In this document: positions 52,743 to 64,000 of the stretch, in pieces
Numbering within the stretch: the stretch's first letter is position 1
Layout: every line of letters starts with the position of its first letter
From: Nemertoderma westbladi
Taxonomy: Eukaryota; Animalia; Xenacoelomorpha
Direction of reading: 5' to 3'
DNA: 64,000 nt
Assembly (NCBI GenBank): GCA_032718475.1
Contig: JAUCBJ010007289.1
Span: 310,001 to 374,000 of the forward strand
Notes under the pieces: model-generated
Told to the model about the DNA's origin: nothing
What the model saw: only the letters and a program-made list of their open reading frames with translations
The model's database searches: none
Made by a program: the position numbers and the translations under genes

Positions 52743-55292
52743 CTATCTGTTCCTCTGGGGATAGTTCCCCCTGGCGTCCTCTTCCCTGGGCCGTTTCTTG
52801 GTTATCACCGTTCCTCTGGCATCATCCGCTTTCTGCTTTCGGACCTTCGCCGCCACCTCCCTGCTGATCCCGGTCGTTGGCTCCTTGGGCGCTGGTGTTA
52901 TTAGTGCCCGATACCGCTTCGCCGGTGGCCCCTCAGAGTGGCCCGGTTGTCTCCCTCTGGTGGCGTCCCATAGGATCATTTTCATTGCCTTTGGTACGTG
53001 CTCCGCCAAGAAATCCCTAAACTCCCTTCGGTACTCTGGCGTCCACCTGTCCAAGTATCTTTGCGTGTTCATCACTCCAGCGTACGACGCCGCCGTTGCT
53101 ACCTCTTGGTAGGTAAACGGTAGCCTCCGCTTTATGATTTCCATGTGAGTCTCCTGATTGATAAGGAAGAAACCCCACTTGAACTCCTGGGCCTTCATGC
53201 GCTGGTGCGTCATGGCCCCGACGTCGGCCCACTCCTCGAATCTTGTGAACTTCTCCTCGTCGTTCATCCAGTCGCACTCGCGTCCGTAGTGTCCCCGAAA
53301 GTGGCACTTTGGACATCGGTTATGCAACCGTGGACACGCCCCCATCCTGTGGCTTGGTTCTCTGCAGTAGAGACAAAAGGTTCCCTTTTGGAACCGGTAT
53401 AGGCAGCTGCTTTCCCGATGGGTCTGTCTCCCACAGTAGTCGCAGCCGAGTACCAATGTCTCCCGTCCCACCTCGTCTTTCGTCCCAAGCGATCTCCGCG
53501 GTCTGTGGAGTCGCTGGTAGGCGAACTTCTCTACGTTGGTCTCTCTATCTACGTCGATCTCTCCGCCCCTCTCGGGCATCGTCTCCCCGAATACTATCCG
53601 TGGTGCCGTCCCCGGTTGCTCACCCAACCTGATGGTGCTCCCCGCGAAATCCATCGCCGGCTCCTCGTGCACCCAGGTCCGCTTGCCGGATCTGTTCCAG
53701 AAGGCCCTCGCCCCACTGGCCGTCACCACCCTTCCGCCAACCCAGTCCGTGTCCGAGTGGCCTATCCTCTCGATGGGCGGCATCTCTCCGAACTCGTCGT
53801 CGTCGTCCTCCTCTTCTGGTAGTGTCTCCAATCCCGGTATCCCGATGGATCCACTATGTCCCTTCCCGCCTTGGCTCTCGCCCGTAGCTCTCCATCCCTC
53901 TAGCTCCCTTAACTTCCTTGGCGGTTGGTCGCCCTCGGCGCCCGCTGGTATGGGCATCGTTTGCAACCCCGACGTCGACTGTTTCGGCGATCCCACTGTC
54001 CATCCCAATTCTCGCCCTAGAGACTCCCCCGAACTCCCTGATGAAGTCCAATGAAGTTCGTCTAGGCCTGCCTGTTCCTCGAAGCCGTAACTCTGTGTCC
54101 TGGCCTCCTCTTCCCTCTCCTCTGCTTCTATCCTCTCCCGTCTAGCGACTTCTTCCAGTCGCTTTGCTTCTCGTCTATCCGTCTCTAGCTGCTCCCATCT
54201 CTGATACGGTGTATCTGTCTCCCCGTCTACCAGATGTCGGCTGTTGTAGTACACCGACTCGCCCTTCAGCCCCGGGTGGTCTACCAGACAGTCAAAGGCC
54301 ACTTTAAAGGCTCTCCTGTAGCTTAGGGGTGATCCCGATAACAGAAATGCCCCTGGTTCCCTCTCGATAACCACGGTCATGAATAAGTTAAGCAAACTTA
54401 TCATCATCCAGTCCTCCTGCAGGATATATCGCTTCTGATATACCTTTATCGCTCCCCTGCGGAACTGATATACCTCCTGCTTTCCCGGTCTCGCTCCCCA
54501 CTTTAGCGAGTTCGCTAGTTCTGCTCCGTATTCTTCCCTAAACTTCCCCCAATCCATCGGTTTATGGCATACGAGCCCCAATAATTGGCCCATTGCCACC
54601 GCCCCGCATTGGCCTGTGTTTTCGACTACCCCCAACCCATCCGGTGCCGTCATAGCCATAATGACTTTCTGCATATCCAGGAGGTTGGTGGCGTCTGGAC
54701 CGATGATCCTCTCCGCGTCCTCGCGAATCGCCGATCCCACTTTCGTCGTCGACTTCTCTCTCACTAAGACCTGTACCGCTTTCGGTAACCGGTCTAGTTT
54801 CGGCCCGTCCTTCTTCCCATACGTCCCTAGGTCGAATAAGAAGATGTCCCCATTTGGCGCGGCCAAATGTAGGAGTATGGTCCTGGCCGACCCCGCAGTT
54901 CCTCGTCTCGAACCCGCCTCGTCTTCCACGGTTCCCTCATCATCTAGGATCATATATCCTCCTCTGTTGACGGACTCTATGAATCTCTTCCAGTCCTTCC
55001 TCGGTGATTCCCTCGGGTACTTCGGAATCCCGAACTTCGCCTCGTCCCCTTTCACCACGTAGTGGAAGTGTTGGAAGATCGCGTTGTCCAGCGACGGCGT
55101 CCCGTAGGTCCCGACCAGCCGCTGTTCGTGCATCTCCCTGAAGTGATCCTGCAGCGCTCGCGCTGCGTGACCCCTCACCAACCTCTCGTAGTATCCTCTC
55201 GTCTTCTCTTCCGGATGCCTCTCGGTGAAATCCACCAGTATCTCCTTTCCTCCTGACTCCGCTTTTCTCTTTCTGATCAGCTTACTCGCCAT
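52743..55292 (-). CDS. Element 3 accessory ORF (849 aa, open): DEDDy-like 3'-5' exonuclease plus three CCHC knuckles
   Basis: MILDDEG, LLHLAAPNGDIFLFDL, LPKAVQVLV..KVGSAIRED, LLDMQ and YQKRYILQED; knuckles CDYCGRQTHRESSC, CLYCREPSHRMGAC and CPKCHFRGHYGREC. Confidence 0.8.
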   Translation of the reverse strand: MASKLIRKRKAESGGKEILVDFTERHPEEKTRGYYERLVRGHAARALQDHFREMHEQRLVGTYGTPSLDNAIFQHFHYVVKGDEAKFGIPKYPRESPRKDWKRFIESVNRGGYMILDDEGTVEDEAGSRRGTAGSARTILLHLAAPNGDIFLFDLGTYGKKDGPKLDRLPKAVQVLVREKSTTKVGSAIREDAERIIGPDATNLLDMQKVIMAMTAPDGLGVVENTGQCGAVAMGQLLGLVCHKPMDWGKFREEYGAELANSLKWGARPGKQEVYQFRRGAIKVYQKRYILQEDWMMISLLNLFMTVVIEREPGAFLLSGSPLSYRRAFKVAFDCLVDHPGLKGESVYYNSRHLVDGETDTPYQRWEQLETDRREAKRLEEVARRERIEAEEREEEARTQSYGFEEQAGLDELHWTSSGSSGESLGRELGWTVGSPKQSTSGLQTMPIPAGAEGDQPPRKLRELEGWRATGESQGGKGHSGSIGIPGLETLPEEEDDDDEFGEMPPIERIGHSDTDWVGGRVVTASGARAFWNRSGKRTWVHEEPAMDFAGSTIRLGEQPGTAPRIVFGETMPERGGEIDVDRETNVEKFAYQRLHRPRRSLGTKDEVGRETLVLGCDYCGRQTHRESSCLYRFQKGTFCLYCREPSHRMGACPRLHNRCPKCHFRGHYGRECDWMNDEEKFTRFEEWADVGAMTHQRMKAQEFKWGFFLINQETHMEIIKRRLPFTYQEVATAASYAGVMNTQRYLDRWTPEYRREFRDFLAEHVPKAMKMILWDATRGRQPGHSEGPPAKRYRALITPAPKEPTTGISREVAAKVRKQKADDARGTVITKKRPREEDARGNYPQRNR

Positions 55293-55780
55293 TCCGAACG
55301 TTCACTCGCTCACCTGCAAGGTGGTGCCTTACCAAGGTGCAATACAGATGAGTGATGTATCTAAGATGTTCTGTACGGTTCGATAATGGCCTATTTCCTA
55401 CTTAACTGCGCCTTTTAACCTAAATTATTCCTAATTAATTTTGAAGCTAGTAAATGAGCGTAATTTACAATTTCTGTCCGTTACTTTTATTATGTTCTAG
55501 AATAACTTCCCTTGTGTTGCCACTATTTTACAACTTTCAGCCCTATTCTATTTATTTATCTATTTTAATTTGATTCTACTGTCCTGCTACTTACTACTGC
55601 CTATGGATTATTCTATTCTCTAATCCACATTCTGGCCTACTCTGTGGGTCTATGCAGTGCAGCAGTATGCGTCGTGTGGCCACACGACTTACCCAGCTGT
55701 ACTCATATGCCCCCCTCTCTCTACTAACTGCTAACTAATATCTATATCTATATCCCCCTTTACCTCTTACTCTCTCTCTT

Positions 55781-56320
55781 CTAACTAACGGTACTACGTA
55801 CCCTCTAACTCTCTAACTAACTAGCGGTACTTATGTACCCTCTAACTCTCTAACTAACTATCGGTACTACGTACCCTCTAACTCTCTAACTAACTATCGG
55901 TACTACGTACCCTCTAACTCTCTACCTAACTAGCGGTACTTACGTACCCTCTAACTCTCTAACTAACTATCGGTACTACGTACCCTCTAACTCTCTAACT
56001 AACTAGCGGTACTTACGTACCCTCTAACTCTCTAACTCTCTAACTAACTAGCGGTACTTACGTACCCTCTAACTCTCTAACTAACTATCGGTACTACGTA
56101 CCCTCTAACTCTCTAACTAACTAGCGGTACTTACGTACCCTCTAACTCTCTAACTAACTAGCGGTACTTACGTACCCTCTAACTAACTAACTAACTAGCG
56201 GTACTTACGTACCCTCTAACTCTCTAACTAACTAGCGGTACTTACGTACCCTCTAACTAACTAACTAACTAGGTACTACGTACCTTCTAACTAACTAACT
56301 GACCAGGTACTACGTACCTC
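55781..56320. repeat. 36-37 bp tandem array (about 15 copies) between pol and the accessory ORF of element 3
   Basis: CTAACTAACTAGCGGTACTTACGTACCCTCTAACTCT units, each with a GGTAC..GTACC inverted core. Confidence 0.9.
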
Positions 56321-56476
56321 TTAACAAACTTCTGCCTACTAACTGCGTACCTAGCATGTACTATTATTTATTTTATTTTTTTTTTTTTTCTATTTTGTTT
56401 GTGGGAAGGGCGTCTCGCCCTCAATCCCACCCCCCTCAGTCCAAAACTTGGACGACTAAACTTTTCTCTAACTCTG

Positions 56477-58116
56477 CTATGGTGCCCCTTCTAATAGACA
56501 GCATTTGCCTACAGCTCTCCTGTAGGTTTTTCTGTCCTTCGCACCTATCTTTCCACCTATCCGCACTTCTACCAATCGGACTCTTCCGTCCTCGTCGGAG
56601 TAGGTGCCTACAACTCTCGCCAACCGCCATTGGTTGTTGATGATAGTATCATCCGTAACGATTACGAGATCTCCTACTCTTAACTCCCTGTTCGGCTTCC
56701 TCCACTTGCTTCGCTTATGGAGCGTGGGTAGGTATTCCTCGACCCACCTCCTCCAATACTCTGCGCTTATTGCCTTTGCGACTTTCCAACTTTGGCGGGA
56801 GTGTATGTCATCTGGGTCTATACCCCGCATATCGATGGTCGCTGGCCTTTCCATCAGGAAATGGCTAGGCGTCAGCATGTCTAGTGACTCAGGGTCATCA
56901 TTCTCCGGATATAGCGGTCTGCTATTAATGATCCCCTCGCACTTCGCAAGTACCGTCCGTAAGATGTCCTCAGTGACCATGTGGGTGTTCATTAGCTTCG
57001 TCATTAGACGCTTTGAACTGCCCACCAGTCTCTCGACGCATCCTAGTGTATGTGGTGCATACGGCGTCCTTCTCTCCCACTTTACTTGTCATCGTCTCAT
57101 GGCTGCCCTGACTTCTTCTCCCTCCAAGATGTCCAAGGCATCTGCCATCTCACTCTCTGCGCCCACAAAGTTAGTGCCGTTGTCGCTGTATATCACTGTG
57201 ATCGTCCCACCTTTGCGGTCCCTAAACCTTTCTAAGGCGTTAATGAACACCGATGCGGTTGCATCTTGGGCGAGTTCTATCCCTACCGCCCGCGTATTGT
57301 TGCATACGAAGATAATGCCGTAGCGTTTCTCCGTGTGTCGCATCACTTTGATCTTTATCGGCCCGAACATGTCCACACCGCAATGCGTAAATGGCGGGTC
57401 GTGCTGTCTTACCCTACGGCTCGCTCCTTCTTCGCTCATCGGCAGGTCTGGCACTGCCCCACTACCGCTTTTACCTTCTTCCTCAGTTGTTTGACCCAAT
57501 AGGTCCTCCTTATCTCTGTGAGGGTTCGGTTGGTGCCCCCATGTAATATCGATTTGTGGGAGTCCCATATAATCTGGTGGACTATTGGCGATCCTGTAGG
57601 AATGATGATGGGTTTCGGTGGTATGACTATGCTGTTGTTATATCCCACCCTAGAATTCATTACTAGAATCCCGTCGTCATTGAGTTGTGGCGACAGCGTA
57701 ATCAGCTCGCTGTCCCGTCGGAGGTGCTGTTGGTTACCGACGCGTTCCACCTCGTCGCCGTAGTTCTTCCGTTGTTCATAGTGGATCACTGCCTTGGCCG
57801 CTCCTTCCAGATCTATGGTTGTCCTGATCTTCTTGTCCTTGCCAACTCCCGCAAGGAAATTTCCGAAGGCTCTCCAGTACGCCACTAGTTTCTTGGTCTT
57901 ATACCAACTAGAACTGTAGCTGAGGAGTTTATCCGTCGGGTTATCGCACAGTTCCCGTCCTGGTTGCACGTCCCTAATCTCCCTCACCACCTGGGAGTAT
58001 ATCTCTTCTCCCTCTGAATCTCCCTCTTCTCCTTCTGATACTACTTCCGAGCCCGGGTCTACCTTCCTCATCGGCGGCCAGGCCTCCATATCGCTAAGAA
58101 ATTGTGGCCCATGTTG
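56477..58116 (-). pseudogene. Element 3 integrase region, frameshifted into several ORFs
   Basis: HKSILHGG..CQTC, CGVDMFGP, YSDNGTNF, INSRPL and RRAVGKCCLL. Confidence 0.9.
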
Positions 58117-61061
58117 CTACAATACTTCTTTCTTCAGGAAAGTGTGGCGTTCCACGCCCCTCGACAGCAAGTCTGCTGGGTTCTCGTCTGTTGGGCAGTA
58201 GTGCCACCTTCCCAGTTCTGTGCTCGCCCTTATTTCGTCCACTCTATTCGCGACGAATATCGGGTATCTCGTCCTTTCGTTATGTAGCCAACCAAGCACT
58301 ACCATGGAGTCCGTCCAGTAGTGTGTCTCCACTATGTTGGGAATAGTATCCACTAGGTAGGCTGTGGCTCTTACTCCTAGTCTCGCAGCTGTCAATTCTA
58401 ACTTGGGAACTGATGCTGAATCTGGTGGCGTTGACTTTGCTTTACTAAAGGCTAGTCTTGGCTTATGAGCCCCCTCTCGTTGTACTAAGTAGAGTGCCGC
58501 TCCGTACGCTTCCAACGACGCGTCGGAGAACATGTGTATGTCCAGATTCGTCATGTTCCCAACCGGGAAATACACCCGTGGCATGTTGTATGTTCCCATC
58601 TTCTCCAAGTCTCCTGTCCACTTGCTCCACTGCTTCTTGATTTCCTCTGGTACCTCTACGTCCCACTCATCTTTCAATTTGTATACTCTCTTGAGTATCT
58701 GTTTCCCCGTGACTAATAATGGGGATGCTAGGCCTAGGGGATCGTATATCCTTGCTATATACGATACATAACCCCTCTTCGTGTGGATGTCTGCACCCTC
58801 CTGGCTCAGCTGATCCTGGCTCCTGGCTCCTGGCTTCAGTTCGTCTGTCTCTCTATCCCACATGATTCCCAATGCCTTCTGCTGGGATTCCGTTCTCTTA
58901 ATCGCCATGTCCTGCCCTTTGGCTGTTGTGGGATTATCCATGGTCGATTCTGGTTTCCTGTCCTCTATGGCTTTGATAAATTCTTCTGAACTGGATTGGA
59001 ATTTGGTCAGGTTAAAGCCGGATCCTTTTAGGATGTCGCGAACCTCGCGCCCTGTATCCAGTATCTCCTTAACCGTATTTCCAGACTCCATTCCGTCGTC
59101 TACGTAGAAGCCGCGTCGAATCATATCGACGGCCCTACTGCTGTATCTATCTTCCTTCCCCTTTACTGTGTCTCTCACTGCCATGGTCGTCGTAAATGAA
59201 GACGACTTGGCCCCCATGTTCTGTACTACCATCTTATATGCCGATATTATCGACGGTTCTTCCTCGCCGTTATACCATAAGAAGCGCTGACTGTCGCTAT
59301 CTTCCTCCGTTACACGGACTTGGTTGAACATGCCTTCTATGTCACACGTGAAGGCGTGTTTCCCATTCCTAAATCTAAGTAACACCTCTATGCCCGAATT
59401 GTATATGTTTGGGCCTTCTAACAGGTAGTCGTTTAAGCACTTTCCGTCGGTCTTTGCCGATGCGTCGACTACCATCCTTAGTTTACCTTTCTTTGGATCT
59501 AAAGCCACGTGCAGTGGCAGGTAATATGTCCTATCCGTGTTCGGCTCGTCGACCGGTAACTCCACGGCCCACCCTTTCTCGACGTACTTCTTAATGGTTC
59601 TGTGGATGTACTCATTCTTCTCGGGGCTCCGTTTTAGTGTTTGTTTCAGTTTGCGGAGTCTCGTGAGTACCATCCCCCTATTGTCGGGCAGCGGTATCTT
59701 CGGTAGTTTCCATACCATTCCTATAGTATACCGTCCCTCATCGCATGTCATTGATTCCTCCACGCTTTGTAGAGCCTGCTTGTCTTCTACTGAGGTCCCG
59801 ACTCTGGTTTCTTTCAGTCCCTCGAAATCCTGTCTGAGCAGTCTTTTAAGCTGCTCCTCTGCTCCCTCGTCACCCATTTCCAGCATTGTTCCCGCGAACA
59901 TGCATCCTGATGTCTCCGACATCCTAAATGGTATCTTGCTCTTAATTGGACCACTCAGCGTCCACCCGAATGGTGTTAATATGGCCACCGGGTCACTCTG
60001 CTTGTCTTCGCCGAAGACCGTTTGCATTCTTTCGTGGGCCGTTGGGCAGTCCATACCTACTATGATGGATACCTTCCTAACGTCCACGTCTGGGATTGAG
60101 AAGTCAATGTCGTCCAGGAATTTATATTGCTCGACCTCGATGTTGGTTGGTCGCCTGGCATTGATATTAATTGACTCTATCACTTGGATGGGGTCAATGG
60201 TTGCCCCATAGTCGCATCCTGGTGCCACTGCTGCAATTGCGCACCATCCTGTTCTCATCTCCAGGATCTCATCTTTGCTAGAGATGGTTGTTACCGCCAT
60301 CCTGCTTGGCCTCGTTCTCAATCCTATATCCTCGGCAACCCATTCTTCGACTAATGTGTAGGCAGCTCCACTATCAACCAGCATTAGCGTTGTTACTGAT
60401 CGATTGCCTTCCCCAATCACTCGCACGGGTACTACTCCAAGTAGCACCGTTCCTCCCTTCTTCGCTCCTACTGTGCTCGTCGCCATCGTTTGGCCTCTCC
60501 TTTGACCAAATTTTATCGGCTTCTCCTTGCACTCCCTTGCTCTATGTCCACTCATTACACATCGCGAGTAGATTTTATTGCTGAACGCATAATCTATCTG
60601 ATCCTGCCTAGGTAGCGCCTGCCAGTACCTGCAGTTCATGGTTTGATGAAGCGCATTTGCGTGTAGCTGGCATTTGCTCTTTGGGTCGTAGCCCTCTTTA
60701 TACAGTGTATTGCGTATCGCAGTTGCGTTTGTACCAAAGTCCCTACTATTCTTATTGTTTGGACTTAGCCTACTGGACGTACTGGGGTTATGTTTATTCG
60801 TGTTGTTATTATTTCCCTGTCCGTTCCATGATGTTGTCTTATCCTCGGCTAGCTGTGGACTTGCAGTCCCCTGCGTCGCTGCATATGGCAATGATTGCCT
60901 GAGTCTCGGTAATGCGTTTGATGTGTTGTGCTCTGGTTTCGGTCTATGGTAGTCTGTCTTCGGTCCCTTTCCCAGGCTGTCTTCGCTATAGACTGGGTCA
61001 GTTATTAGCTCAGCCTCGTAGTTTAAGAAGTTTGACATTTCTTCTAAACCCGGTTCCGCAC
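58117..61061 (-). CDS. pol: Element 3 gag C-terminus, PR, RT and RNase H
   Basis: LVDSGA, LRMVVDAS, DIEGMFNQV, FYVDD, HMFSDAS, YWTDS and ENPADLLSRG. The frame extends upstream (AEPGLEEMSNFL) to the insertion at 61062. Confidence 0.9.
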
Positions 61062-62027
61062 TGTTACGGTATATGGCGCTGTATCCACATTATTAGTCCG
61101 TTATACTGTACGTAATATTAGTCCGTTGTGCAGCATAATATTTTAGATAAGGTATAATAGCGAGGTGATATTTAGATAGGGAAATCAAAACGCCCATGTA
61201 TTTGAATCCATCCATTTTGTATAATATGTAGCCCTACCTACGTAATTTTGTATTAGGATATATGTAGATAGTTCCAGGGTAGCAAGTTCAGTTGGACCCT
61301 GGATTTTGTGCTTGCTGTTATTAGCTTCAATAGGGCTAGCATATAGGGACGCTGTCCTGGCCATTCAGCAGCCAGGGACATGATCCATTACCATATATGG
61401 TAATAATTTGAGTTTTGGGCAGCAATACGGCTACAATCCGGCCTCCTTATTGGACTAGCTACTTCCAGGTTGGTCTAATGCTAGCGCGGACTGGAGAGCC
61501 AATAGGAGAGCGATTGAGTCACCCTATTGCATCACCCCACTCGGATCACCTATAAATTGGCGGTGTGCCGGTAGAGCTCTATTCTATCCCCAACCTTATT
61601 CACCTACAATCCCTATTCACTTTTGACGGATATTTTGTTAGAAGTATAATTTAGCGTATTTTCTGCAATTTGCTATTTTCGATTAATTTCTCAAAATGAT
61701 TTGCTAGTGCGATTATTCTTAATTGCGTTTCTCAATCAACCCTATCGATTACTGCTAATTACAATCGGAACTATGATTTCTACCTCCTTTTGTTAATGGT
61801 TCTATGTGATTCCTTTCTACGCAATAATCCTAAGGGATTTCTGAGACTGTCAGACTTTGTGATTTTGCATGCGCCGCTACGGTAGCTATTAGCATAATGG
61901 AGGGCTAAGGTGCCAGTAGGCGGTGGGCACATCGGGGGGTTGAGCGACTAAGGGAGAGCGGAGGATTCAAAGGCGGGCAACGCTGGCGGGGGGTCACCGT
62001 TGCGGTCGGGCGTTTTGCACTGTAACA
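61062..62027 (+). mobile_element. Putative 5' LTR of a fourth LTR element nested in element 3 gag, followed by a long non-coding leader to the window end
   Basis: TGTTAC..GTAACA inverted ends, CCAAT (about 61499) and TATAAA (about 61551) on the plus strand, and homology to 1-515. The right boundary is inferred from the terminal motif only. Confidence 0.6.
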
Positions 62028-64000
62028 CGCAGACCATTCGCCGATACAGTAACTAGGGGGCTGATGATCCAGGTCTCGACTCTATTTAGTATTAGGGGGG
62101 CAGGAATCGGGTTAGTTAGGAAGCCTAGATGTATCTGGGAGAGGCCTGCGCGTATTACAGCGTTGAGTGTGGAGTACGAATAGTGAATCGCACAACTGTG
62201 GGCTATACAGTAGTTAACTGCATAATTGCGAACTGTGATTGCTGACGCTGATTGGTGTGTTACTGAAGTGTGCCTATGATTATGAATGTTTAGGTAGGCG
62301 CCCTTTTCTCTTTGATTGATTTCTATTTCTTAGTTACAACAAATAATTACTGATTAGGTCAAAGTAATACGGCAATTTAGGCTATTACTAGCGAAACCTG
62401 TTGCGTAATAAATTAGAATTACGCATTCTGGAACTCTTAGTAATTAGTACGCTGTTACATATTTGTGACTGTAATTGATTAGTAAAAATTAAGAATTAGT
62501 ACGCAGCATAGCGGAGAGTAGCTAAGGTAATAATTAGAGTACTGTAAACTATTCACGCTGAGCGGTTATTTGCATTAGCGGGCAATCAGCTAGATCGCAC
62601 TATTCAGTACGCACAATACGCTAGTAATTTGCTGGCCTAAAGCCAGCGGCAGGCAAGTTTAGACCCGGAGTGGTACTATTTACGTAGAAACAAATACTGT
62701 ACCATTTTGATTATTTAAATATTCTCGCATTCACACATTACGTTAGGGAACCCCCAGTATTCGCGATTAGAAAAGACGTAGGCAGTAGCGTGCTTTAATA
62801 GTGATAAATTAGGCGTAAGAATACTCTGAGTGCAAAGCCTCTCGCACTCATCTTAAGTAAGCTTAGTTAGCCGACTCGGGTTTATTGTTTTGGTTATTCC
62901 CGCGTGGCTCATAGATTCGAACAGTTAGCTCTCTATCGAGCAATCGGTAGAGAAAGGAACAAGCGATTTTGCAGGAGCCGTGTAAATTTAGTAAATTATA
63001 TTAGCGGACGGCAGATTAGCGCCATCCAACGGTAAGTAGCGGTTTTGTGTTTAGCAACCTTTACAATTTAGTAATATCACGCTCCTGATCCCCTTTACTT
63101 AACAGTAGAGCAGTTTTGTGTCTTATTGGTTAGGCGAGAGCTCATTAGGTTGGCAGAAAGGTATTAACGGGTATTTGTCTGTTCAACAGTTCTGCTGTTA
63201 GTATAGAGGTCGCAGTTGTTTATCAGTAATACGCGTCTTTATTGGCTGTTGCTTGCAGCAGTCAATAGAGTATTCTTAGGCTGTTAGTTTAGATTACTGA
63301 TACTTCGTATCAGTAATACGCGCATTATTGGCTGTTGCTTGCAGCAGTCAATATTGTATTCTTAGGCTGTTGGGTAGGATCACTGTTACTGCAGTAGTTA
63401 AGTAATAAATTGGAGCACGTGATCGTCTGCTGTAGGCTATAGGCTAGTGTACGGTAGAACATTGAGTATATTCTTTTAGGCTGTTAGTTTAGATTACTGT
63501 ATTCACTGGTCGCGTACAATAGTACAGTAGTACATTAGGCTGATTGCTGTTACTGCGTACGGTAGAAGGGACATTTGTTTTGCCGTACCACACACAGTAT
63601 CATTAGGCAGTTAGGTTGGTGTACTGTTTTACTTACTGTACTGCGTACAGTGGATGTACGGTGGTGCGTTTTTTACTAATTGCGAATACAGCAGTTCCTT
63701 AGGCCTTAGGGCAAATTGTAATTAGTAAGTTTTTTGAAAATTTTAGCTAGGTTTGCGAGAATTCAGTTTTGGTCAAAATTATTTGTAAAATTCTTGAGTT
63801 TTGTACCGGTATGTTAGGTAACCGCTTAGTTATTTTATACCATCTGGAGATACATGGCAAGACGGAACTTCTGAGTTTGGGGTTCGTGTGGGTCTGCGGG
63901 TTCGGTTTGCAATCAGCGAAGGGCCTGAATCTTTGGACGCGGACGTGGAATCTCACAGCAAACAAGGTTAGTTGTTCTGTTGGCACCAGTGTGTTTGTGG

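Larger units (their letters stand above)
51570..61061 (-). mobile_element. BEL/Pao element 3 (divergent family), 3' portion; gag is interrupted at 61061
   Basis: 3' LTR, PPT, accessory exonuclease ORF and degenerate gag-pol are all visible. Confidence 0.9.

Noticed and set aside
61057-62032. Solo LTR with TSD CGCAC/CGCAG
   Set aside because: The match is only 4 of 5 and the sequence after 62027 does not resume element 3 gag.
62028-62038. Self-priming PBS in the fourth LTR element
   Set aside because: I found no complement of CGCAGACCATT in 61062-62027.
63970-63990. Minus-strand TGGTGCCAACAG as the tRNA PBS of element 3
   Set aside because: The adjacent sequence does not match the element 3 LTR end (CCCGTCACA).

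Overview
This is AT-rich animal DNA (probably a marine invertebrate) and most of it is transposable elements. A minus-strand host gene for a mosaic extracellular protein is visible as symmetric phase-1 exons: LamG/ConA-like 34784-35452, fibrinogen-related (FReD) 13226-13834, calcium-binding EGF 12645-12785, and a 5'-truncated second FReD 2895-3463. The window holds three BEL/Pao LTR retrotransposons. Element 1 (14753-33622, 18.9 kb, TSD AACAG) is full length. Element 2 (36005-48122, TSD CTCGT) is a young non-autonomous relative inserted in an RTE-like LINE. Element 3 (51570 to beyond 61061) is a divergent family interrupted by another LTR element at 61062. Also present are RTE-like LINE pieces, a Penelope-like element with inverted pLTRs, three Helentron/HINE-type copies, a MITE and several satellites. 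Two features stand out. (i) Elements 1 and 3 carry, in the env position after pol, a homologous ORF with a DEDDy-like (WRN/EXD-type) 3'-5' exonuclease domain plus tandem CCHC knuckles. (ii) Elements 1 and 2 have no tRNA-type PBS; the 11 nt next to the 5' LTR are exactly complementary to an 11-nt motif inside their own LTR, with three compensatory changes between the elements. This suggests Tf1-like self-priming in a BEL/Pao lineage. All calls were made by eye; no database searches were run.
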